A stretch of DNA of 59,380 nt from Trypethelium eluteriae. Taxonomy: Eukaryota. Numbering within the stretch: the first letter of the stretch is position 1; every line of letters starts with the position of its first letter. The translations under genes were made by a program, and so were the position numbers. The stretch is from NCBI GenBank assembly GCA_051942245.1, contig JAVECL010000079.1, forward strand, positions 1 to 59,380. Direction: 5' to 3'. Positions 12,983-25,640 of the stretch are shown here, piece after piece. The notes below the pieces were generated by a model, which saw only the letters and a list, made by a program, of their open reading frames with translations, ran no database searches and had not been told where the DNA came from.

Positions 12983-15721
12983 TCAATTCGATGTCTTACT
13001 GAACGTCAGGGTGGTTGTGCCGTTGCTTGGTAGGTTGACCAAATAGCCACCTTGCTGCATCGTCAATCCCGAAGTCGCCAGCGTCACGCTAGCACTTCCA
13101 AGCACACTGCTAGTCTGCTCGAAGTTCATTATGGTATTTATCGCGTTGCTTGCCTGATCGACTTGTGCCTTCCCTACACTGACCGTTAGAGCACCAGTAC
13201 TCGGCTCGTAAGTGAACTCTTGAACAGCCCCAGCACTAAATGTCACATACAGACCGAGCGGCGCGATGAAGATCCTTCTCCTCACCGCATCTCTTGGCTG
13301 TACTGTAACGTCTCCGTTGCCATTGGCATTCATATTTGACACGATATTCCCACCGAAACTCACCATTCCGAAGACTGGATGATCGACCAGATAAGTTCCA
13401 GCACCCATTACCATCCCTGAGAAGTTCGGTCCGTAATCCCCGGAGTACGGATCCCACTCCAATAACTCCGGATAACTGTGCATGGCCAGACTTGTCGAGC
13501 CATCTTGTCGCACATTCGACAACGGACCCATATTCCCTCCAAACGCAACCCGCAAATCATACAGACTCTTCAATGTCCCTGGCTGCGGATTCGATCGATA
13601 ACTCGCCAGCAGCGGAAGAGAATTGAGGCCGGATCCATAATGATGGATCTGTCGCTCAATCTGGGGGATCTTGCCGGCATACAGGAAATCCCAGTATCGG
13701 CGCGCGTTACCATTCCACGCCCAATGGGGTACCGTCGGCATGTAGCCCCGGATCGAGTTGAGCGACTTGTTTGCCGTGGTGGAGTCGTTGAAGTAGGTGC
13801 TCCAGAGGTAGACGCCCTCCTGGCCGGTCGAGTCCCAGGCCATCTCGCTGCCGAAGGGGTCGGTTTCGGAGGCCCAGACGCGTTGGCGGGCTCGCATGAG
13901 GGACTCCATATTGGTAGCTTCGGCGGTGAGATTCTCGATGCGAAGGGAGTCGAGGAGATAGGACCAGACGGTTTCACCCATGAGCCCGTCATCGCCGTAA
14001 CCGGTGTTGGGTGCGCCATTGGCGCTGGTACCAAATGTGTAAGCAACGGTGTTGTAGGATTGATTGAGGTACCAGAGGGGTGTTTGGAGTGTGAGTATGC
14101 CTGGAGTGGTACGCCCAGCGTGGTAGAGAGACCAGTATAGGGCACTAACGTGAACGTAGTCGTAGGCACGATCCGTGGCGTATGCCGCGGCTTCATTCCA
14201 AGCACCGTTCCAATTGATGGATTTGTTATACTGATAGCCGGGAACGGCGCTGGGTTGATAGAAGAATAAGCTCTTCCGAACGGCATACTTCTGAGGTCCT
14301 GATGAGATTTGCAAGTAACCCCAAACAGTCTCATTGACCATTTGCTCAAGTTTGGCGACTTCTCCCGCGCTAGGATAGATGAATTGCTTCATGCCTGCAG
14401 CTAGAAAAGAACCTGCTCCGCCCTCATCACTAATACCGGCAATCCATGCGCGGTTGTCTTGAAGAACATAATTACCTACGGAGTAATCATAAGATATCAC
14501 GGATGGAGCTCGATGAAAAGGGTCGGAGGTGTTCGTGTACCATTGCTTTGTCGTCAAAAAGTTTCCTGCATTTTGCAAGGTATCTGGTCCCGTGTTGGTG
14601 ATATAGTAGTGAATGGCCTGTGTTCGACCAGACGCGTATGTTATATCAAGCCGAGTTCTTCCAAATGCCTCCTGTGAAGGGAGTACTTCGTATGCTTGCC
14701 ACGCCCCACTCAAAGTTTCGTTCCTAGCACTGACCGATAATCCATTCTCTGGTGAAACTGTCATGGATTGTATAGCCTCCGAAGAATTTATGTAGAGACT
14801 ACCAACGATGTCGTGAGGTAAAACGTAACCGGGGATACCGACCGCTACAGGAACATCATTAGATGCGACGGCGTCCTCAATCTGATCTACTGAAGAAGTT
14901 GCTGAGAACCGAAGGGCAACGGATATCGATTCTCCGGGAGAAATCATGGCAGACGTCGGCGTATTCCATGGCGTTGTTGCATTCCATTCCTGCTCCGCAT
15001 ATGCCTTGGTGTAGATTTCGTAAGCATAGTTTCCCTCGTACGTCTGCTGTTGATAGTAGGGATTATTCCGCTCAGGCAAAAAGCGCCATGCCTCAAATTT
15101 TGTGAGATTTCCAAAGGGAGTGATGACCATATCTGGGCCTGTGCCAGTGAGCCGTGTAACCTGCACGTATCCAGCTCCAAGTCCAATGTATGGATCAAGG
15201 AGAACGCAATCTTGCATGGTCTCATCCGCAGTCCGATTTATGAAAATATTGTTCATCTCAATAGCGAGACCAAGGGCACCGAGCTCGATCGCCGTATCAG
15301 CAACATTTGCGAGGGTAAAATTGAGGATTACATCTCCTTGATATTGAGTCCACAACCGCGTCACATGCAATTGGGAACTGACGTTGGGCCATAGGGAGTC
15401 CAGGTCAGACTCAAGGAGGCCAGTCGAATCTTGAGGCTCGGTGGACGTGATATTCACCCTGTTTGTCGCAGAGTCTGCTCCAATCCAGTCGTTTTGACCA
15501 GTAAGACGGTAACGGAAGGAAATGTCCCCTGTATGGGAGTTGCCATTTCCATTCCGAGTACTGAAGACATCGCTAGGAGAAAAGTCAAATGCCAGATCCG
15601 TGGTTGGTTTGAGTGATTCGAGTACGCCCGATCCTGCGGCGAATAGTCCTTGCCAGTTGGGGGTGGAAAATGGCGTCTGCGCAGCCGCAGCGCCGGCGAG
15701 GAAGAGGAATGACCAGTACAT
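12983..15721 (-). CDS. Secreted DUF5695-like putative glycoside hydrolase, intronless, about 912 aa
   Basis: Signal peptide MYWSFLFLAGAAAAQ from the first in-frame ATG (15721). Motifs WIAGISDEGGAGS, PFGSEMAWDSTGQEG, WNGNARRYWDF, ERQIHHYGSGLN and WDPYSGDYGPNF. Many N-glycosylation sequons. Confidence 0.7.
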   Translation of the reverse strand: MYWSFLFLAGAAAAQTPFSTPNWQGLFAAGSGVLESLKPTTDLAFDFSPSDVFSTRNGNGNSHTGDISFRYRLTGQNDWIGADSATNRVNITSTEPQDSTGLLESDLDSLWPNVSSQLHVTRLWTQYQGDVILNFTLANVADTAIELGALGLAIEMNNIFINRTADETMQDCVLLDPYIGLGAGYVQVTRLTGTGPDMVITPFGNLTKFEAWRFLPERNNPYYQQQTYEGNYAYEIYTKAYAEQEWNATTPWNTPTSAMISPGESISVALRFSATSSVDQIEDAVASNDVPVAVGIPGYVLPHDIVGSLYINSSEAIQSMTVSPENGLSVSARNETLSGAWQAYEVLPSQEAFGRTRLDITYASGRTQAIHYYITNTGPDTLQNAGNFLTTKQWYTNTSDPFHRAPSVISYDYSVGNYVLQDNRAWIAGISDEGGAGSFLAAGMKQFIYPSAGEVAKLEQMVNETVWGYLQISSGPQKYAVRKSLFFYQPSAVPGYQYNKSINWNGAWNEAAAYATDRAYDYVHVSALYWSLYHAGRTTPGILTLQTPLWYLNQSYNTVAYTFGTSANGAPNTGYGDDGLMGETVWSYLLDSLRIENLTAEATNMESLMRARQRVWASETDPFGSEMAWDSTGQEGVYLWSTYFNDSTTANKSLNSIRGYMPTVPHWAWNGNARRYWDFLYAGKIPQIERQIHHYGSGLNSLPLLASYRSNPQPGTLKSLYDLRVAFGGNMGPLSNVRQDGSTSLAMHSYPELLEWDPYSGDYGPNFSGMVMGAGTYLVDHPVFGMVSFGGNIVSNMNANGNGDVTVQPRDAVRRRIFIAPLGLYVTFSAGAVQEFTYEPSTGALTVSVGKAQVDQASNAINTIMNFEQTSSVLGSASVTLATSGLTMQQGGYLVNLPSNGTTTLTFSKTSN

Positions 15722-16981
15722 GGCGATTTTAAAATAGCTCACATGGGCATTTTCCTTGAGGAAAGAAAAGAGAGGGAAAAAGAGAACAAGAATTCGGAAG
15801 AAATTGTAGAGAAAAACTCACGATCTTTTCGGACATGAATTGCAACGACCTACCGAATGAAGTATTGATCACCTCTTGCATTAAAATACGGTATGACCCG
15901 AAATGCCACCGCTTAGATGCCTAGACAGCTAAATGTCCCTGTTCTTTGCAGGGGATACGATCATCGGGAAAGAGGATGAGGGTCGACGAGAATGTGCCTG
16001 ATCCCTTCCCCGCATCCGAATTCGCTCAATTGGGCGATGTTTTGCCGAGCCCGATCTGCTATAAATTAACGCTCGAAATTAGCAACGCCCAATGAATCCA
16101 GCGAAGCCACAGTACTGCTAGCGGCTCAGCGGAGAAATTTATCCCTTTCTTCCTTGGAAGAATGCTGCCTGTCGATGACAAGTATTTTAAGGCAGATTAA
16201 CGTGCCATTCAAAGTTCGAGGATCACGTGGTCCAATCTATTTTGGCGGCTGTTGATTGAGACAGACGGTCGCCTACAAGCTTGAGAATTACTACGGACGT
16301 CTTCGCAGTAGAAGCACATACGAGAAAAAGTAGAAAGTATGCCATTAAGTCTGTTCATTGGAGACATAATCAGTCGACAGCAAACCCGTTGCTATTCCAC
16401 AGAGGAGCTCAAGGTAGGCTAGCTAGATCCTGCGCACCAAGAAGTGTACGGAGATAGAGTCGGCTGGGTAATTGCCGTAAACCCTAGCATGTACGCCAGG
16501 CTGAGCAGAACTTCATTTACCTGGCTGAAACTTACGGATGCTAACGTGTAAGCAAGAGTGAGACTCTCGAGAGTGACAAAGATGCAAATCTGCTTTCTTT
16601 CTCTGGATCGCTGGTGTAGCTCGCCCTCTCCATCTGAACCGAGAAACAATACTTGATCGACGAGACAAGTGATTAACGGGTGTTCCTGGAAACCTAAGCA
16701 GTTTGCTATTGTGTCGTTGCTCAATAACTTGCATAATTATCATGTATACCATCGCTTGGATACTTTCCTGGACGTATACGGTATCGCGTGAGAACCACAT
16801 GTATTGGTGCCACCCTCTTTCATGAGCAGCACTTTTCAAGGCCGGCGACTTTGCACGATGGGCGTGATCTTGCTCATAGAGAGCCCCACTAGCTCTCAGG
16901 TGGCCCGAGAAGTTGGCTAGCAAGATTCCACTGAATGGCGCGAGTCACCGTTATGTGCTTGACAAAAGCCTTGATCTTCGC

Positions 16982-17314
16982 TCAAGACTTTGAGGCTGCC
17001 TCCTTGACAACATCTTGGTCGAGTTCATACTGCGAGACGTCAATCCCCATCTGCTTCGCAGTATCCAATAGCAGCTTCCTCTCATTGATCTGATCCTTTG
17101 TATACTGCACTGTGGCCTGTAGCACAGTTGCCTCGCTCCGCCCTTGTCCTTCCATACCCGGTACGATATCTGCAAGCCGGTCGAAACCGGCACGAATGGC
17201 TTCACGACGCTTTTGTTCCGAGGCGATGTGGTTATTCTTCTTTTCCTGTTCACTGAGGCGCGGCTTTTCAGCAGCGTTATTTTTGCTGCTTGGGGAACTA
17301 GATGAGGCGGCCAT
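16982..17314 (-). CDS. Small bHLH transcription factor (Ino2/Ino4-like), about 110 aa
   Basis: bHLH motif KPRLSEQEKKNNHIASEQKRREAIRAGFDRLADIVPGMEGQGRSEATVLQATVQY. ATG at 17314; the upstream extension in the ORF track looks non-coding. Confidence 0.8.
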   Translation of the reverse strand: MAASSSSPSSKNNAAEKPRLSEQEKKNNHIASEQKRREAIRAGFDRLADIVPGMEGQGRSEATVLQATVQYTKDQINERKLLLDTAKQMGIDVSQYELDQDVVKEAASKS

Positions 17315-17883
17315 AGTCTGTGCGTGCCAGTTTCCTACGAGAGATCGAGCGGAAGTAGAGAAACACCGCAGTAGGTAAACCGCACGTCTACAGAGCTGTA
17401 AAACCCGACGTAGACCCCAAAATGGGTCAATGCGAGGTATGAGCAAGCTTGCTGTAATAAGATTATGTTCCGAGAGATTGGATATCTTCGAGAATACGCA
17501 TTGCACGGCGGACTAGGACGATGGCAGGAGGGTTGGGGGCGGAGGTTGTAGAGGCAGTCACTGCAGTTGGGGCGGAGATCTTTCTTCTGCAGGGTCCGAC
17601 GCCCAATGCGACGTCAGGCTCGAAATCCCGCTACAAGTTATCTTGTCACCTCGAAGGCTGGCGCTCGCCCTCCCCACTGACCGCAGCTTCCTTCGATCGA
17701 TCCAAGAAACCTAGAAAGAGCTTTGACGTAATCCTGCCTGTCTTTCTCCGCCAATAGACCTCTCACTACGCCATCAACCTTCCCTTTTCCACGCCGCAAC
17801 GCCCCTGCTAACTTCAAGAGTGAGATGCTCGCTGAAGCTCCAGATCAGCTTGACTTGGCCTTCATTCGGATCAAAGAAAGGTC

Positions 17884-20800
17884 ATGTCGCCTGCTGAAAT
17901 CAGAAGTCGAGGGACCAATGATCGCATAAATAATCTACAACAGGAGGAGCGGTTACAGCGGGAGAATTCAAGAAGCAAGAGCGTGCTATCCAAGCATGAC
18001 GTTTACTCGTATGCACTCCGAGTAGCCTTCCTATCGTATCTGCTGGAGCCTCGTGCAAAGAGAAAAGAACATGTTGCTGCTCAGAAGCGACAAGTGCAAC
18101 GGCCTGCCACTTCTATAAATGACCTGGTTAAGGACTTTTCACTCATCAGGGATTCCAGAAGCACAAAATTTCCACATGGCTTCATGTCAGAGCTAGAAAA
18201 GCGGATCACGCTTGTGCTTTACGGTAAAGAGAAGATGAAAGAGTATGACGACTCCTCGGTGAAACGAACATTTGCTGCTTTCCTCAACGAGTTCAAAAAA
18301 CCAGATTATCGAAAGTCCGTTGAAAAAGATCGTAGGGTGGAAGACCTGTTACTGATCTTCTTCTCTAACGCTACAAAGGTATTGCAGCAAGGCAAAACCC
18401 CAGAAGACGACTCATGGAAATTCATGGTGGATCGCCACGTCGCTCTCTTCGTTCGTTTGATCAGTGCAACCCTCAAAGATCACGATTGGTCGAGAGAACG
18501 ACCGGAACTCGCCACGAGGTTACAGACTCTTGAAGCTAAGCTTCTTGTTCACGATCAAGATCTATCCGCAGAGACACAACGTAATGGTGGGGCTGGAGGG
18601 ACAACGATTGAGGTCGAAGTTCCCCGTACCTACGAAATCAAGGATATGCCGTTGGTTCAAACCGTCGCAAAAATATTTGGAATGTCCAACGGTCAGGCGC
18701 AAGGAGATGTCATGGACAATAAACCGAATTGGACGGAGGAGGCCGCGCTTCAGGATTTGAAGATGTACCAAACAAACCTCAGCCTGAACACTAGAAGAAC
18801 CCTAACACATAATGACTTTGATCTTGATGAAGGCTACGAGTCCTGGAAAAAGGCAGAAGTTCATGATCTAGCCCAACTTGTCATGTCCATTCTGCAATCC
18901 AGTCCAGAGCTTGCAAAGACGTCTGGCAATTTCCTCCCACAGTTTCAGCCAGCCACAAATGGTTCTGGATCAGATTCTGGCTATTCAGATATGTCTCGAA
19001 AGATGTCAGAGCAGTCGCAGTCCGACCCAGGCTCCCCTTACATTGTCGATCAGCCCGTTGACATGAGCTTCCTCAATCTGGACGAAAAGGTCGAAGAAGA
19101 AGCACAGAAAGACGATCGTTCTTACACATTCATTCCACCTGATCCTAGGGCCTTCTATAGATATGTTCTCAATCTTGCGCTGAGTAATGACCTTCGCGAT
19201 CAGGAACTTCAGCCAACAGAAGCCACTGAGGAGACGCCTTCCATCAAACTTCTCTCTAAGCAATCGACAGAGCTACTGAATGAGCTCGCTATTCGATGGC
19301 GGGTCCCTCAGTTCTCCAGACTCATTCTTCTTTTAGATGTCATCCGAGAGAAATACATCAACCAGGAAATTTCACTAGACACCGTGGATGCTGCCTTCGA
19401 ATTCGTGAAGAAGCCGGTTGATAACAGAAAAGGGAACAAGTCTAACCAGATAGTGCAATCGTCACTTTTTGACCGTTCAAAATGGACTATTGCTGACTAC
19501 GCCCTAAACCAGCAAGTCCTTTCTTCTTTACACGATGCTTTTCTCCGAGAACTCTTTGAAAATTTTATTCAATGCTATGAGAGCAAACCTCCATCCATTG
19601 GCCCGGTGATGTATGTCCTTGAGCATCATATCTACGATGACCCGCTCTTTGCCAAGACACCGGAGGACTTGGATGAGTTTGCGGATCGCGTTCGGGAAGC
19701 ACTACGGCAAAAAGCTCGGGACATGTATAGCATGATGCTGTCTAAAGAACTGCCTGGCCAGTTGGAGCAATGGGAATTCTTCCATGTCATACAGCTCGGC
19801 AAATCTGTAATCAAGCTGGCAGAGAAGATCCAGAAGCGGTGGCGCAAGAACCCTGAAGCCATGGGTGTTAATCCATTCACAATTCTTGTCGAGGAGATCT
19901 TCCCATCTTATGTTGCAGATTCGAGAGATATCGTGAAACGAATCATGGAATTTGCAGAAAAGAAGGGTGAACCTGTCCCGGTTCAAGATGGCTTCGACCT
20001 ATACAAAGAACTCGTGAGTATTCGGCGCGTGTACTCGGACGCCTTACCGGGCGTACCCTTTACCTTTCAGATTGAAGACCTGTTGTCCGACTTTGTCTGG
20101 CGTTGGATCAAACTCACAGATACCAACATGGCTGGTTGGGTAGAGAATGCCACCAAAGCGGATTCATTCACCGTGCGAGTTGAGGGCGAGAACCAAGTGC
20201 CTAACGATGACGAGCGACACAGTGTATCCGTAGTAGATGTTTTCCGTTCTTTCAACGAAAGCATTGAGCAAATCGTCTCACTGGAATGGGATGATGACTA
20301 CCAGTATGCTAAATTTATGACAGCTATTTCCAAGACCATTAGTGCTGGGCTTGGGCGATACTGCGAATTGGTAGAGCAGCAGTTTACAAAGGAAATGGAT
20401 CGCCTGACTCCGCAGCAAGAGGCAGAAGTAAGGCAGACTCGGCAGGAAAAACTGCTGCAACTTGCGAAGGACGCATGGTCACAAAAGGAGAAAATCGAGC
20501 CCTTTCAATTCTTGCCGGAGGTAAGTATCCTGGCCTGGTTTCACCATGTGTGAATTAGTCTGATCATGGCTTAGTCTCTTGTCAAACTCAACAACATTGA
20601 GTACGCGATCCTGCAGCTGGACAAGCTCGAGCATGAAGTCAATGTAGACGCCTGTGCCGAAGTGCTTCAGACCCGCGAACCTCAGCTCAGGTTGCACCAA
20701 AAAATCGATAAGTACGTCTTTACCATCAAGATCATTGAAGCGGAGGACCTCAAAGCTTGCGATATCAATGGCCTGAGCGATCCGTATGTGGTGCTTGGCG

Positions 20801-22177
20801 ACGAGTACCAAAAGAGATTAGCCAAGACACGTATACAGTATGCAAATCTCAACCCTAGGTGGGATGAGACTGTAGATATTGTTACGCAAGGCCCTCTCAA
20901 TATTATCGCTACAATCTGGGACTGGGACGCGATGGGAGATCACGATTGCGTCGGTAGGACATCGCTCAAACTCGATCCATCTCATTTCCGAGACTACTTG
21001 CCCCGGGAATATTGGCTAGACCTGGATACCCAGGGTCGATTGCTGCTAAGGGTGAGTATGGAGGGCGAGAGGGACGACATTCAGTTCTACTTTGGAAAAG
21101 CTTTCAGAACCCTGAAGCGTGCCGAGCGAGATATGACGAGGAAAATAACGGATAAGGTATGCATTCCTAGAACGAGAACTCAGGGATTGCTGACTCTATT
21201 TTAGTTATCGGCCTACATCAACCACTGTCTCTCAAAACGAGCCCTCAAAAGCTTGCTTAACAAACCGTTTACCGTATCAGCTGTGACAGGGTATTTCCAA
21301 CGTAGTCGCGTTCAATCCATCCAGCAACAGGGACCGACCCAAGCTGAGGTCACAAATATGCTGAAACCGCTCTTTACTTATTTTGACGACAACTTTGCTA
21401 TCATGAAACAGACCTTGACAGAATCTGCAATGGTCACGGTCATGACGCGATTATGGAAGGAAGTCCTCGCTACAATAGAGTCGCTCGTTGTTCCTCCACT
21501 TTCTGACAAGCCCTCATCACAGCGGCAGCTTACCCAACAAGAGCTTGACATCGTCTTCAAATGGCTCGAGGTACTCAGGACCCCAATCCCTTTTCCATGC
21601 CGCCCGGCTGACCCATGTCATCCAGATGCTCTTTGACTTCTTCCACGCCGTCGACGAAGACGGCACCGCCAACGGCGTTCCCCTCGACATCCTCAAATCC
21701 CCCAAATACCACGAAATCGTCTCCATGAACTACTTCTACTTCCTCCCCACCGACGACCTGATCCGCGAGAGCGAACGCATCGCCGCCGTCTCCCTCCAAA
21801 AACGCCAGCAAGCCGCCGCGCAATCCAACCGGCTCTCCGCCCCCGCCTCCCTCCTCTCGACCCCGAGCGGCCACGCGTTTGGCGGCGGTGCAGGGCTCAT
21901 GGGGCTTCCCAGCACGAAGAGAAGCAAGAGCATCATGCTGAGTCGGAACCTGGGCACCATGAGGAAGGCGAAGGAGGAGAAGCGGCGCGAGATGCAGGCG
22001 GAGCCGAGCGACGACATCATCTTGCGTATTCTGCGGATGCGGCCGGAGGCGGAGCGGTATCTGCGTGATCGCAGTCGGCAGAAGGAGAGGTTGGCGGCGG
22101 CGGCGGCGGCGGAGATGATTGTGAGGCAGAGCTTGTTGGCTGGAGCGGGCGGAAGAGGAAGGATTCCTGGACGCTGA
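17884..22177 (+). CDS. Munc13-homology (MHD1/MHD2) plus C2 domain protein (S. pombe Git1-like); join(17884..20520,20575..21156,21205..21570,21626..22177)
   Basis: 889-aa ORF followed by three phase-consistent introns. C2 motif FTIKIIEAEDLKACDINGLSDPYVVL...NLNPRWDE...IWDWDAMGDHDCVG. Confidence 0.85.
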
Positions 22178-23291
22178 GGGATATGAGGACTTGCGAAGAA
22201 GAGAGATTCTGTGACTTTCTGCTAAGGGCAGATCGCACTGCGCATGAAACGGAGCGACAGGCAGACTTGAACAGATTCGCTGCTGAGGATAGACGGTGGT
22301 ATCGAGCGAGGTTCAAGGGTCGAAGGTATGTGGAAGTTTTGTTGATGTTCGATTTCTCGACTTGCTGGCAAGCGGACACTCTTGGGGTTCTCTAATAGCA
22401 CTACAAACGCATATGGCGTCTGGTACATCGGTCATGGGGTCGGGTGCAGCTAATAAGCACAATGCCAAGGTATATCCGGACGTTCAGGGATGATATGGAT
22501 CCGTTGCTGAGCTGTACATAAACTTTTGCAGCGTATCTTCAAGCGTAATCAGCGTGGTTGATAATAGTTACTCAAAATGAGAGTGCTGGTTCTGTTCGAC
22601 CATGGTATTGCTGTCTTGGGTTTCATGACAAACGCCTCTTCATCAGTAGCTGCCCACGTGCTGTGCTGTCAAGAGGTATCTGAGTCAGGTAAGTCGCCTC
22701 CCGTATCACTGAATTTGTTACAGAACGACTAATGATAAGACTGCTGCATAACCAAGAAAACTTCGGGAAGACAACCGTTGTACCCTCCTCGCCAAGGAAT
22801 CTCCAATAAAGTAATACCGTTTGTCTTAGTTCCTTCACTTACACTCCATAGTCATCTAGATGACATCGACTTGGGATGCGCTTCGATTCAAGACCAACTT
22901 CCTGGAAGACATTCGAGTCCATTCACCGACGGTCATCCAGGCCATTGCCCACCCCGCAAGGCCGCAAGAACTTGGCACACAGTCACTTGCCGCCCAACAT
23001 AATTATCAGATTAATTTGCGGTGACGAAGTCATTCAACATTGCCGAGTCTATCTGTTATGCGTCACCAACGTGAAGTTCATGCCAGCTCAGCTCGTCGAC
23101 TTGACTTCATCTCTTTACTCATACAATTGACTGTCCTTACCACCAGCAAACCCAATAAAAAGCCGAGTCTGCTCGGATCAGTCGTCTGTAAAGTGTGCAT
23201 AAGCCAATCTTCCCTCCCGCGGTCAAGTGGTCTCTCATTTTGCAGTCTCGTCTCTGTATGCAGCCATACAGTCTTTCCTGACGCAAACCCG

Positions 23292-24396
23292 ATGTTCGCT
23301 GTCGATATCTTCCTATCTTGTATAGGTCGACGAGGTTCAAACTCGGACAGGAAGATTCAGATCTCAGCTCCCACGCTGGAGTCATCATCCTCAGACTTCC
23401 AACTGAAGCCGTTACCGAAAGGAGTTATCCCTCTTGGAAACCCAACCGATCTCTATACTATCGCGCATCATCCAGCTGGAGAGTTTTCGGGGCCTATCAT
23501 ACCGTTGAAACTCATTCCTCCTCCACAAGCAAGAGCTAAGCCCTTGGAGTCTGAGACTATCTCGCCGTCGGTTGCCTCTATAACCACCACGAACGATCTG
23601 CCTATTGTTCCTGATCCCGTCCACGGGTTTCTTCCACCGGTTCGACGGCACACTGTCTTGCGCTTCTCCCTGATTTCTCAACTCAAATAATATAGGTCAT
23701 GAAGACACGGCAGGCCCCGATCTTCCCTCCACCTATCAGGACCACAGGTCTCGACGCCATAATCGTCGAGTCGCGCCCAATTTTCTCTTCCCGCAAACTC
23801 TTGGATGGGTCGAAAAAGCGACTTGTGGCTGTACGCAGTCCCGAGCAGACCAATGCGCAGGCGTTTGAAGAATGCCGCCGATGCAACGCTTTCCCGCAGC
23901 TGGCCTGCCGCTACTGGAGAAGCCGACAGGTAGCCGAAGAGCATGGTCTTGCATGGCAGCGACCGGAGAGCTATATACTATGCCGGTAAGTAAATTCATG
24001 TGAATGACCTACAAAGGCAACCACCAGATAAGCCTAACCTGGCCCAGGCAAACTTCCGGCGTCGGTCACGATTGCGAACTTTGCTACTGGGCGAAAGTCT
24101 TCGAGGGCACCATCAGGCGCGAACGAGCTTCTCGCCAAACCCTTCATGAAAAGCTTCTCAACCAAATCATGCATCCTCATTACGCGTGCGACCTTTGCGA
24201 GGAAGAGAGATTGATGCCCGATGAGGCTGGGAGCTCATGTGAGCGAGAAGCGGAGGAGCGAAAGGAGAGAGCGAAAGTAAGGGAGACGGCGGCGCAGGCA
24301 AAGAGTCAGCTGCAAGATATTCACGAGATGAAGCTAGTAGCAGAAATGGTGCAATGGCTATGGGAGGCAGAAGTGCAGGGGTTGGGATGGGTGTGA
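23292..24396 (+). CDS. Hypothetical protein (about 330 aa) with CxxC motifs and a C-terminal coiled coil; join(23292..23639,23696..23985,24048..24396)
   Basis: Three ORFs join in frame through introns 23640..23695 (GTTCGA...TAG) and 23986..24047 (GTAAGT...CTAAC...CAG). Confidence 0.6.
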
Positions 24397-24863
24397 GGAA
24401 TTTGGACATAATCGCGCTGGTTCGCGGCTTGGAAGAGCAGTAAGGCTCAAGATGCTTTCTCCGATTCTGCACATACACGTACTCTTGACTAATTGCAATC
24501 TGACATACGATTTGGGAAGGCATATCATCGCGTGACTTGTCGCTGCGAGGTTGATCTGTTAATAGAATAGATCGCGTCATGAGTTGTGATGGCGGATGGA
24601 GTCACTGCCATATTTACCTTTTACTCCACGACACATCCAATGATTCGACAGAGTACTCATCAAGCAGCCAGTCACACGTCAGGCAAACAAAAATGCCAGC
24701 ATCGTCGCGTACTGTGTTTACATGTCCTGCAAGAATCCGTCTCCTAACCAAACAGGTGGTATACTAATTGCCACTGGCTACACGCGACAGCATAAAAGAG
24801 AAATCTCCTCCGAGAAAAACCTCAACTAAAGCTTGTACTATAGAGACACTGAAAGTGCCCCTT

Positions 24864-25388
24864 ATGGCCGTCAGCGATCAAAGCACCAGCTATTCGTCAT
24901 TGCTAGACAAGTGCCAGACCTTCTTTGAAACGCAGCTTAGGTCTGTTGCCTGCAGCGATGCTCCCCTCCAGAACCTCAAAATCTACATCGACCTCTCCGT
25001 TAAACCCAAGGTGGCCCTACAATTCCCAGCGCTGTCCCCCTGCCGGTACGTAGCCTCGTCTATAACTACATACGCCTCCGTTATACCTTTAGTTACTTGA
25101 CTGACTTACTGAATCTTTACGCATAGCCAATCTCCGCTTCCAGAGCTTCAATGCCCTGCGTGCTCCGCTGTCAGATCCCTCATGTCCGACAGGTTGGTCA
25201 TTGATAATGCGGAAGGTTGGCTGCTTGCGCTGTGTGAGGGATATCGCCAAAGTGGAGTCCCTGGTGCGCAAAAAGATGCGGAGAGGGAGGCAGAGATTCG
25301 GGGTGTGATAGAGGGGCTAGTGGAGCTGGAGAGAATGCTTGAGGAATTGGAAGACATGAATAAGGCGAGTGGAAGCCAGGAGAAGTGA
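24864..25388 (+). CDS. Small hypothetical protein (about 147 aa); join(24864..25045,25127..25388)
   Basis: Intron GTACGT...CTGA...TAG joins two ORFs in phase: ...LSPCR|QSPLPELQCPACSAVRSLMSDRL... Confidence 0.55.
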
Positions 25389-25640
25389 GACGAAGGAGCT
25401 CAGTGGGAAATGACATGTCAGAGAGGCGGGCATAGAGAAACCAAGGAAGGCACTGGAAGTACAGGCACAGAGTAACAGCAGGGCTATCCGTAGGATGCAT
25501 TGACGAATTGTCAGTAGTGAAGCAACAGCCGGGAACCTGAATTGAGACATGGGTGCATGCATCCAACTTGCGTCTACCACGCGTATGTCAAGGAACTTGA
25601 ATGCAATCTTGTTTGCAATCTTGCGTCTTTGCCTCCATTG

